IMG/VR virus record: IMGVR_UViG_3300037634_005756
Location: 1-25,571 of that record
Origin: a virus
Taxonomy: Duplodnaviria > Caudoviricetes
DNA: 25,571 nucleotides
Reading direction: 5' to 3' (one strand)
This document shows positions 18,443 to 25,571 of the stretch, piece after piece. A model generated the notes under the pieces. The model did not search any database. It saw only the letters and a program-made list of their open reading frames with translations, and had not been told where the DNA came from. Both the position numbers and the translations under genes were made by a program. Within the stretch, counting starts at the first letter, position 1. Every line of letters begins with the position of its first letter.

Positions 18443-19572
18443 TTAGAAAAATTAATTGACTTATTCAATTCACCTAATCTTCTATCAACTTCTAGTTCAG
18501 GAAAGTGTTCTCTTAACCAATCTACCGATTCTCCAAATGTTGTTACGAGTATTTCACTAACTAACATTATTACATCAAGTATATTTACAATACCATCTTG
18601 ATTAACATCTGCAGTTAAGAATTGTTCTTCTGTTGGTGGTGTTGTATTTAATACAAATCCAACCATTAAAACTATATCTGTCACATCTAATTCACCATCA
18701 AAATTAACATCACCATATAATTCTACTTCAAAATCATCTTCAGGTTCACCTATATAACCAAAAAACCATGGTAATCTTGAATGTATCTTCGAGTACACGC
18801 CCGGGTACCCTGCATCCGCTCAACCATAGCCCCAACTGACAATACCAATTAGTTCATACTCACCTTCATCATTTGTCATAATAAGTGGACCACCACTATC
18901 TCCTTGACAGGAATCTTCACCACCATTTGAGTCACCAGCACATATCATATTGTTTGTTGTTTCATTTCCTATGTTACCACAACTATCGTCAATAGGAACA
19001 TCAACTTCAAGTAATACATTAGAACTACCACCACCAGATGATGTAGCTCCCCAACCCATTGTTGTTGACATTACTGGTTCTTCATCATGTGAATCATCTG
19101 TAACTAATTGTATTGGTTCAAAACTTGATGGTGATGATAAATGTAATAGAGCATAATCATTATCTAATGACCAACCACTATATTGTGGATGAACTATAAT
19201 TTGGTCAACACTTCTTGTTTCTGAACCTGTTGTATTATTTACATTATGTAATCCAATCTTAACATCTACACTACTTGGTGAACTACCCTCTACACAATGA
19301 GCAGCTGTTATAACCCAATCTTCCCTAACCAACGAACCACCACAAAAGTGACCTCCACCCCATCCACCTCGAAGTGATACCATAAATGGATACTTACAAT
19401 TTGGACAAGCTGGGTCTACTTCCTCACCACCTACAATCATAGGTTGTGGTAAATCACCAGGATTAATTGTCGGTGCTTCGGCCGACATTGTTGTTAAATT
19501 ATCTTCTTGCACTGGATTTGTATTATCAGTACAAGAAAATAAAAGCAATAATATAAATAATAATCTAATCAT
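18439..19572 (-). CDS. Lipoprotein trypsin-like (S1A) serine protease with C-terminal dockerin; in-frame TGA at 18820-18822, probable selenocysteine; 377 aa
   Basis: Lipobox LFSC, IVGG, TAAHC, DYALL, DSCQGDSGGP, GIVSWGYG*ADAGYPGVYSKI in one frame, then GDVNFDG/ADVNQDG repeats. Confidence 0.88.
18779..18819 (-). promoter_or_regulatory. Putative bacterial-type SECIS hairpin
   Basis: GGGUAC (18810-18805) pairs with GUACUC (18796-18791); GGGC apical loop starts +18 from the UGA; lower GGAUG/CAUUC helix possible; folded by eye. Confidence 0.65.
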
Positions 19573-20050
19573 TCTTCTTCTCCCCAAGACTATCCTTAAA
19601 CCATTCTTTAGCCCAAGATGGATTCTGTTTTATTGTTTGTTCTGTAATTAAATCTTTTAATTTTGTAGTAGACCATCCATGAGAACGAGTTGTATAAATA
19701 ATTTTTGGTGGTAAGTCATCGCCTGTAAATGATTCTTTACCTATATAATCTTCACCTAATATTCTGACATCAGGTTTCCAAAACTTTATCAATTCATATA
19801 ACTCTTCTTCAGTTTGATATGTGTAAACATCATCGACATATCTAATAGACATTAAAGCTTTGTATCTATCATAAACTGGTATAACTGGTTTATATTTACT
19901 TTTTCTATGTAGTGATGGGTCTATTTGTAAAAATACAATAAATCTATCACAATGTCTTCTAGCTTCTTTAAAACAATTTATATAACCTGGGTGCAGTAAG
20001 TCAAAATTACCAGCCGTAAACCCAAGTAGTTCTTTTTTATATTCCTTCAT
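19565..20050 (-). CDS. Cytidylyltransferase-family protein (TagD-like)
   Basis: AGNFDLLHPGY, LGEDY, RSHGWSTT. Confidence 0.85.
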   Translation of the reverse strand: MKEYKKELLGFTAGNFDLLHPGYINCFKEARRHCDRFIVFLQIDPSLHRKSKYKPVIPVYDRYKALMSIRYVDDVYTYQTEEELYELIKFWKPDVRILGEDYIGKESFTGDDLPPKIIYTTRSHGWSTTKLKDLITEQTIKQNPSWAKEWFKDSLGEKKND

Positions 20051-20051
20051 T

Positions 20052-20255
20052 CTATTTTACCTCAAAATTTTCTCTTAGTGTTCTTAAATTTTCTTCTGCT
20101 TGGGATAAACTATCTGTCCATTTTTTTACTTCTGATAGTAAATCCGTATGCTCTCCAATACCAACTGCATCATTGAATAATATATCCAAATGAGCTAATG
20201 CTGCTGTTTTTTGTGCTTGATATGAATCAATAGCCGCCATTATTAATTTATTCAT
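20052..20255 (-). CDS. Hypothetical helical protein
   Basis: 67 aa, TAATG-coupled to nrdJ, VGIGEH turn. Confidence 0.7.
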   Translation of the reverse strand: MNKLIMAAIDSYQAQKTAALAHLDILFNDAVGIGEHTDLLSEVKKWTDSLSQAEENLRTLRENFEVK

Positions 20256-22270
20256 TATACATTCTCCAATTCTTTCTTTTCTTTTAATGCTTCAAAATCA
20301 ATCTCACATGTGTCATTATTACAAAACTTTTCAACTTCAGCTTCTGCACCTTTTACTTGTCTGAATGATAAGAATGATAATTCATCAACCATTTTCTTAT
20401 ATTTCTTTTCAGTAATTTCTTCATAAGGCATTTGTTTGTATGCACCCAATTCCAACTTAGGTAAGAATGAAATACCTTTCAATTGATATTGGAAATAGTT
20501 AAGTGCTGTAGCTATTTGTTTACCTTCTGTTTCTGGGTCGAATGTTACCGTACAAGAAACTTGATTATCAGCCCAATATCGTTGCATAAATGCAGCTAAT
20601 GCCATCTGTTCCCACATCGGAACTTCACTTACTGTTCTGATTCCATCACCCATATCTACAGGTACTTCAACTACAACAGTAGAATCTTCACTACCGAAAG
20701 CAGGTTCTATTTTATATCCAGCTTTTTCTAAAGGTTTGATTAATGGACTCAAACTAGATAATCTAATTCTTCTGATATAAAATCTACTCTCTGGATAATG
20801 TAAACCTGGTGTTGAACCAGCCAACAATGATACAGTTCCACTTGGTTTAACTGATGTAGTTTTTATACTACGAGGAACTGCAAACCAATCTGAATAGTTC
20901 TTATCATATCTTTGTAGAGCATCATATCCGTCTTCTAACCATTTTCTTAACTCACCTTGTCCTCTATGAGTAATGAATTGTGCGATACCACTTACTGAAC
21001 AACCTATTCTTCTGTTTCTTAACATTACACGATTGGTTTCTGGCCAATGTGTTTTTCCAAGTGTTACCGTTTTTGCATAAAGATATGCATATTTTAAAGT
21101 TGTTATATAATCTTCCAATGAATCGTGATTATCTGGAAATGTTTCTACCAAACAACATAACTCATATGATTCTAATGATTGTTCAAGACAAGGATTACCA
21201 CCTGCAACTCTGTGGTCTTTATCATCTCCACCATTCTTCATTCTTGAGTAGTGTCTCATATTATCTAACCAAGCTAAACCAGGTTCACCATTGTCTGTAA
21301 TTCTTTCTGCTATATCTGTATAATCCATACCTAACTCAGCAAATACTGAATTGTTAGATGTCCAACCATATTGTTCTCTATGTGGATTTTTCTTATAATT
21401 TTTTAGATTGATATATTCTTCTGAATGTGGGTCACCAAATACTATTTCAGCAGTTCGTCTAACATTACCAGCAACAACACACTTACCAATCAGATTCATT
21501 ATATCTACGATTGTAGTTACTGATATTGGTTCACCTATGTTTTTATCAAGACATTCTGAAACAGATCTGTGCACCTCTTCTAAAGGTTTATAACCACTTG
21601 ATACACCGCCAAATCCTTTGATTGGCGCACCTTCTTCTCTAATTCTTTTATAATCAAAATCAACAGGAGTTATACCAAGAAAATATGAATCAAGTAATCG
21701 TCTTACTGATTCTACCCAACCTTCTCTTGTATCAGGTATAACATATGTTTCCGCTTCTCTGTCATCTTTTGGACCTCTTACTACGAATTGTTCTGCACCT
21801 TTTGTATCAAATCCTACACCAACTCCAACCATTGAAGCATCCATTAAGAATGTAAATGGTTTAGATAAATCTTCTTTAAGATTATTCGTTGATACGAATG
21901 CGCAATTGTTTAGGGCGGCATACAAACCTCGTTCTTCTGTAATTGGAGTTCCCATTGCCCAGAGTCCTCGGCCGGGCGGCAAGAATTTCATATTGAAAAT
22001 ACGGTCATACATCTCTTGTGCTGACCTTTGTGCTTGCCACGCGTTCCACCCTAAATGATGGGATTCTATCCACTTCTTCTGCATGTTGTAAGTACCTTCA
22101 ACTACTCGTTGTACGGTTTCCCACCACATTTCATTTTTCCCATCATCTTTAATTCTTGAGTAAGTTCTCATATACACGAGTTCACCGAGTCCATTAAATC
22201 CAAATGGTGCTCTTTTTCGTTTATACCCATCGATAAAATTTTCAGACAAACGAAATTCTTTATATTCCAT
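20255..22270 (-). CDS. nrdJ: Class II adenosylcobalamin-dependent ribonucleotide reductase (monomeric RTPR type)
   Basis: RTYSR, FLPPGRGLW, NNCAF, NPCLEQ, TSVKPSGTVS, C-terminal CNNDTC; AAGGAGAG RBS; no NrdB gene adjacent. Confidence 0.93.
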   Translation of the reverse strand: MEYKEFRLSENFIDGYKRKRAPFGFNGLGELVYMRTYSRIKDDGKNEMWWETVQRVVEGTYNMQKKWIESHHLGWNAWQAQRSAQEMYDRIFNMKFLPPGRGLWAMGTPITEERGLYAALNNCAFVSTNNLKEDLSKPFTFLMDASMVGVGVGFDTKGAEQFVVRGPKDDREAETYVIPDTREGWVESVRRLLDSYFLGITPVDFDYKRIREEGAPIKGFGGVSSGYKPLEEVHRSVSECLDKNIGEPISVTTIVDIMNLIGKCVVAGNVRRTAEIVFGDPHSEEYINLKNYKKNPHREQYGWTSNNSVFAELGMDYTDIAERITDNGEPGLAWLDNMRHYSRMKNGGDDKDHRVAGGNPCLEQSLESYELCCLVETFPDNHDSLEDYITTLKYAYLYAKTVTLGKTHWPETNRVMLRNRRIGCSVSGIAQFITHRGQGELRKWLEDGYDALQRYDKNYSDWFAVPRSIKTTSVKPSGTVSLLAGSTPGLHYPESRFYIRRIRLSSLSPLIKPLEKAGYKIEPAFGSEDSTVVVEVPVDMGDGIRTVSEVPMWEQMALAAFMQRYWADNQVSCTVTFDPETEGKQIATALNYFQYQLKGISFLPKLELGAYKQMPYEEITEKKYKKMVDELSFLSFRQVKGAEAEVEKFCNNDTCEIDFEALKEKKELENV

Positions 22271-22290
22271 CTATTTACTCTCCTTGAAAT

Positions 22291-22318
22291 TTGTGATATA
22301 TATCAACCTTTTTGATTA
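22291..22318 (-). promoter_or_regulatory. Palindromic operator-like site plus motif shared with the polB upstream region
   Basis: Perfect palindrome TGATATATATCA 22294-22305; TAATCAAAAAGGTTG 22318-22304. Confidence 0.4.
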
Positions 22319-22356
22319 GACACATATAAATATTATTTATTCTTGTTTTCGTCTAC

Positions 22357-22476
22357 TTAATCTTCGTTGTGATGCCAATGAATATCAACTTTTTCACCAT
22401 CAACACAAGATGTAGTAGTTGTCGTCCAGTAACCTTCTGGTACTTCTATCATTGTTGGATATTTTATTTCTTCCAT
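22357..22476 (-). CDS. 39 aa hypothetical peptide (not in ORF track)
   Basis: MEEIKYPTMIEVPEGYWTTTTTSC...; TAATG-coupled start. Confidence 0.55.
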   Translation of the reverse strand: MEEIKYPTMIEVPEGYWTTTTTSCVDGEKVDIHWHHNED

Positions 22477-22769
22477 TATTTTTTCCTCTTTTTCTTTGGT
22501 GCTTTACCACCAACATAAGCTTCATTATAATCTTTAGTAGATTTATCATCAGCTAAAAACTTACCTTTTTTACCTCTAGCTCTTTTTGGTTTTTCTTTCA
22601 TCATACCATCATAAGGAATCTTTCCCATTTTTACAGTTGGTTTTTTTTCTTCTTTTTCATCAACTCTGAAATCGTCAAAATTAAATATTGTATTAAGTAA
22701 AGCATCTCTACTTTCTCTTAATATAGTTCTACAAGCTTCACCTATTGTCATTTCTTTTTTCTTACCCAT
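22476..22769 (-). CDS. Lysine-rich hypothetical protein
   Basis: GGAGA RBS; KRARGKKGKFLADD...NEAY basic C-terminal motif. Confidence 0.7.
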   Translation of the reverse strand: MGKKKEMTIGEACRTILRESRDALLNTIFNFDDFRVDEKEEKKPTVKMGKIPYDGMMKEKPKRARGKKGKFLADDKSTKDYNEAYVGGKAPKKKRKK

Positions 22770-22771
22770 AA

Positions 22772-23551
22772 TTATCTCCTAATCTGGTTTACATTTTTAC
22801 TATTATATTCTACTACATCAAGATGAAATTCAGGTTCTTTTCCCATTACTTCATATTTTCCCTTACCTTTCATCTCCTTCCATTGTAAATCTTTATCTTT
22901 TGGATACTCTTTTGTCCAACTTACAGATGAATCTGCTAATTTCTTATTTGCTTTTCGATTCAACGGTAATATATATCTAAATTGCTTTCCTTTAATTCTT
23001 TTTATACCTTTCAGTTTCATATAATCATAAGTAAGCCAAAACACCTTATCCTTACCTATCATTTTTGCATTTTCCTCACATAACTTTCGAGATGTTCTAG
23101 GATGTATTTTTTCTCCTTTTTTACTCATATAAATATCTGTCCATATATAACCGCCATATAAAAAATTAAAGCTCTGATAAACATATCCAGCTTTACCAAC
23201 TATTCCATCAGCCCAAGTAAATAAAAATAATCTTTCAGGAGTATTTTTTTTCATCCATTTTACTACTTTAGATAACATTTGTGATTCTGAATTTTTTGGC
23301 ATTTCATCCAACATACACATCTTTCCAATCTCATAATAATCCATTGTTCCTAAACCTGGAAATAATTTATTTATTGTGCCCTTCGGTTGTGTGCCCCATC
23401 CTAGAGTTAATACACCAACTAATTTTGATTCCAAAAAACAACCTAAAAAATGTTTTGTTAATCTCGGCATTACTTTAGAATAATGAGTGCTCTGAATCAT
23501 CTCTACTGCTTCTAATTTATCAATTTCTTTTATTTCAAAATTATATTTCAT
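22772..23551 (-). CDS. Mom-like (GNAT-fold) DNA base modification protein
   Basis: HYS, LVGVLTLG, EIGKMC...KNSESQMLS, TWAD...GYVYQSFNFLYGG; start at TAATG 23551. Confidence 0.78.
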   Translation of the reverse strand: MKYNFEIKEIDKLEAVEMIQSTHYSKVMPRLTKHFLGCFLESKLVGVLTLGWGTQPKGTINKLFPGLGTMDYYEIGKMCMLDEMPKNSESQMLSKVVKWMKKNTPERLFLFTWADGIVGKAGYVYQSFNFLYGGYIWTDIYMSKKGEKIHPRTSRKLCEENAKMIGKDKVFWLTYDYMKLKGIKRIKGKQFRYILPLNRKANKKLADSSVSWTKEYPKDKDLQWKEMKGKGKYEVMGKEPEFHLDVVEYNSKNVNQIRR

Positions 23552-24405
23552 TATCCCCAAAACTCATTTTTATGTTTTGTAAATAATGGATTTATCAATT
23601 CATTAACATAAGTATCATTTATTTCAAATCCAATATAGTTTCTATTCAAACTATTTGCTACATTACCTGTGGTACCACCACCCATAAAAGGGTCTAGTAC
23701 TGTATCACCTTTATCAGTTAACCATTTAATAAAAAATTCTGGTAATTGTGGGTGAAATGGTGCAGGATGTTTTGCTCCCTTTAATACACCGGCGTTATCA
23801 AATCTAAAAACCCCTGAAGGTTTTGAACCTAATGGATTTATACCCATCATTTTAGATTCACCAAATTCTGCAATACCAGACGATATAGCTTTCTTCTGAC
23901 CTTTAACAGGAGCTTTAGCTCTAACTATACTACTTTCAGCATAAGGAACTCTAACAACATCTATATTAGATTTAAAATTTTTAGTATCTCTAACAAAATG
24001 AAAAATATATTCCATTCTGTCATTCAATCTAACCTCACCCCCCATAGGCAATCCATTCTTTTTATGCCAAATATATCTATCATATAATTTCAATCCAGAT
24101 TCTTTAACTATCTTAACTACTGTTTCTAATACATAAATTGCTCTTTCACCATTTACAATTTTATCATTTATATTTAAAATAAAAGAACCAGTTGGTTTCA
24201 AAAATCTATTTGCCTCTTTAAATAAAGGTAATATCCAATCTGAATAATTTTCGGGTGAAAATACATTAACTTCCTCACCATAAGAAACTGTATCTGCATA
24301 TGGTGGAGAAGTCACAACTAAATCCACATAATTATCTGGAACTGTTTTTGACAATTCCATACAATCACCTATATGTATTTTATTCAGTTCAAAACTATTC
24401 GCCAT
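23551..24405 (-). CDS. Beta-class N4-C/N6-A DNA methyltransferase
   Basis: TSPPYAD, HPAPF, LDPFMGGGTT; start ATG 24405 or 24408. Confidence 0.92.
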   Translation of the reverse strand: MANSFELNKIHIGDCMELSKTVPDNYVDLVVTSPPYADTVSYGEEVNVFSPENYSDWILPLFKEANRFLKPTGSFILNINDKIVNGERAIYVLETVVKIVKESGLKLYDRYIWHKKNGLPMGGEVRLNDRMEYIFHFVRDTKNFKSNIDVVRVPYAESSIVRAKAPVKGQKKAISSGIAEFGESKMMGINPLGSKPSGVFRFDNAGVLKGAKHPAPFHPQLPEFFIKWLTDKGDTVLDPFMGGGTTGNVANSLNRNYIGFEINDTYVNELINPLFTKHKNEFWG

Positions 24406-24910
24406 CATCAACCCTTTGAGGATTAAGCATATTATTCCTAAACATTTCAAGATTATATTGAATATTATTAATACTCTGATATAAATTATTTATTTCTTCA
24501 AATGCAATCTTATAAAATTCTCCAGCATTTCTATATTCCCACCATCTAGCACCATAATTTACAAAAATCTCTTCACCTTTTTGTATATCCTTAATTGCCT
24601 CAAATATAAACAAACTATTTTCGGCATCAGTATCCCAATCTGCATTTTGGTCTTCATCATTAGCATGATTATAGATACATCCATATCCAAGTGGCATAGC
24701 ATCACAAATATATGGTTCATCTCCATCTTTAGGAAATCTAAAGCAATAATTTTCTAAACCCTTGGCAGTCTGACTATTAAATGGAATGAAGTGACATTCC
24801 TCTAACATTTCACCTTTTTTAATTTTTGCATTAGCAAATATACCATACCCATTCGTAATCGGTGTTTTTCTTTTTTCTAATTTATTATTTACAAATAACT
24901 TATCTTTCAT
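24395..24910 (-). CDS. SET-domain protein-lysine methyltransferase
   Basis: GYGIFA..IKKGE, IYNH, IKDIQKGEEIFVNYG. Confidence 0.88.
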   Translation of the reverse strand: MKDKLFVNNKLEKRKTPITNGYGIFANAKIKKGEMLEECHFIPFNSQTAKGLENYCFRFPKDGDEPYICDAMPLGYGCIYNHANDEDQNADWDTDAENSLFIFEAIKDIQKGEEIFVNYGARWWEYRNAGEFYKIAFEEINNLYQSINNIQYNLEMFRNNMLNPQRVDDGE

Positions 24911-25570
24911 TTAATTTTCTCCCATTAAATCATCATATTTATTTGATAACATTTTTTTCATAACATTATCGCGATTATCTATTTTACTTTGTGTTTCTTT
25001 TCCATCCACAGTACTACTCTCATATATTTCTACTTGACCTGTATTTGTATTTACCTTTGCCGGATATGTCAAACCATCAGGTCCAAATCTGTTTTTGATT
25101 ACATGAAACCTACCAGTATTACCAATCTTATCTTCTACTTTTCTACTCAATGATACTACAAAATCTGCAGTCATTACTTTTTGATATGATTCAGCAACCT
25201 TTGTCGCTTCAATCACATCTTCGTCAAGAGCACTTCTGTTTGCTTGGGATGCAGTCCATATTGGAATTTCAAACTCACCAGCAAGTCCTCTTAAATCTTC
25301 GTATATGTTTCCAAGTGCGTGTCTTACTTCACGAGCATTACCAGTATCTCTTAATATATCCCCATAATCCACAACTACCATATCAAACTTTTTACCCATA
25401 GTTTTTAATTTCTGCATATGGGCTGAAAGTGTATGTACCGATGCAGTTTTAGTTGGAAAATATTTAACTACCAACTCACCTTCAACCTTTCCAACTGCAG
25501 ACTTTACATCATCTATGTAATACTTTAAATTTTGATTTGCTAATCCTGTTAATACAGAATCATATCTTAA
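24911..25570 (-). CDS. DnaB/gp41-like replicative helicase, C-terminal part (5' end outside window)
   Basis: VVVDYGD, WTASQANR, AES, KNRFGPDG; frame open to the window edge. Confidence 0.9.
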   Translation of the reverse strand, partial: LRYDSVLTGLANQNLKYYIDDVKSAVGKVEGELVVKYFPTKTASVHTLSAHMQKLKTMGKKFDMVVVDYGDILRDTGNAREVRHALGNIYEDLRGLAGEFEIPIWTASQANRSALDEDVIEATKVAESYQKVMTADFVVSLSRKVEDKIGNTGRFHVIKNRFGPDGLTYPAKVNTNTGQVEIYESSTVDGKETQSKIDNRDNVMKKMLSNKYDDLMGEN

Positions 25571-25571
25571 A

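Noticed and set aside
18439-18798. Stand-alone 119 aa dockerin gene starting at GTG
   Set aside because: The GTG is the Val of the protease PGVY motif, in frame with the upstream ORF, so it is better explained as one gene.
14394-22270. Inteins or introns in polB or nrdJ
   Set aside because: Both have normal length and contiguous motifs, with no splicing or homing endonuclease signatures.
22325-22332. T4 late promoter TATAAATA
   Set aside because: It is on the plus strand, opposite to all genes, and is expected by chance in AT-rich DNA.
608-25401. All plus-strand ORFs and nested minus-strand ORFs (2015-2233, 16187-16387, 17536-17724)
   Set aside because: They lie within well-supported genes and lack recognisable motifs; shadow frames.
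1-25571. Genome-wide stop-codon reassignment (TGA or TAG recoding)
   Set aside because: TGA ends complete genes at ATGA overlaps (8826, 9242, 10331, 18439), TAG also terminates genes, and long genes are uninterrupted under code 11.
1-25571. tRNA (including tRNA-Sec), riboswitch or other ncRNA
   Set aside because: After adding the micro-ORFs, no intergenic gap exceeds about 90 nt and none shows a cloverleaf or strong structure.

Overview
AT-rich, gene-dense fragment of a large tailed phage (T4-like replisome, probably uncultured and aquatic). All credible genes lie on the minus strand and are mostly translationally coupled (TAATG/ATGA overlaps). The replication core comprises a DnaB/gp41 helicase (partial), family B polymerase, sliding clamp, two clamp-loader subunits and a class II RNR. 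It is interleaved with three N4/N6 DNA methyltransferases, a Mom-like enzyme, a QueF-like protein, two GT4 glycosyltransferases, two cytidylyltransferases, MetE, an FKBP, a thioesterase, a SET protein and a 2OG-Fe(II) oxygenase. The main finding is that two ORFs in the track (18820-19587 and 18439-18798) form one gene, a lipoprotein trypsin-like protease with a dockerin domain. An in-frame TGA sits exactly at conserved Cys220 and is followed by a GC-rich SECIS-like hairpin, so this is a probable phage-encoded selenoprotein. Also notable: a shared C-terminal EFW(G/K) tail on all three DNA methyltransferases (possible clamp-binding peptide), a QueF lacking its catalytic Cys, and MetE alongside B12-dependent NrdJ. 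All protein calls come from motif recognition by eye; no searches were run.
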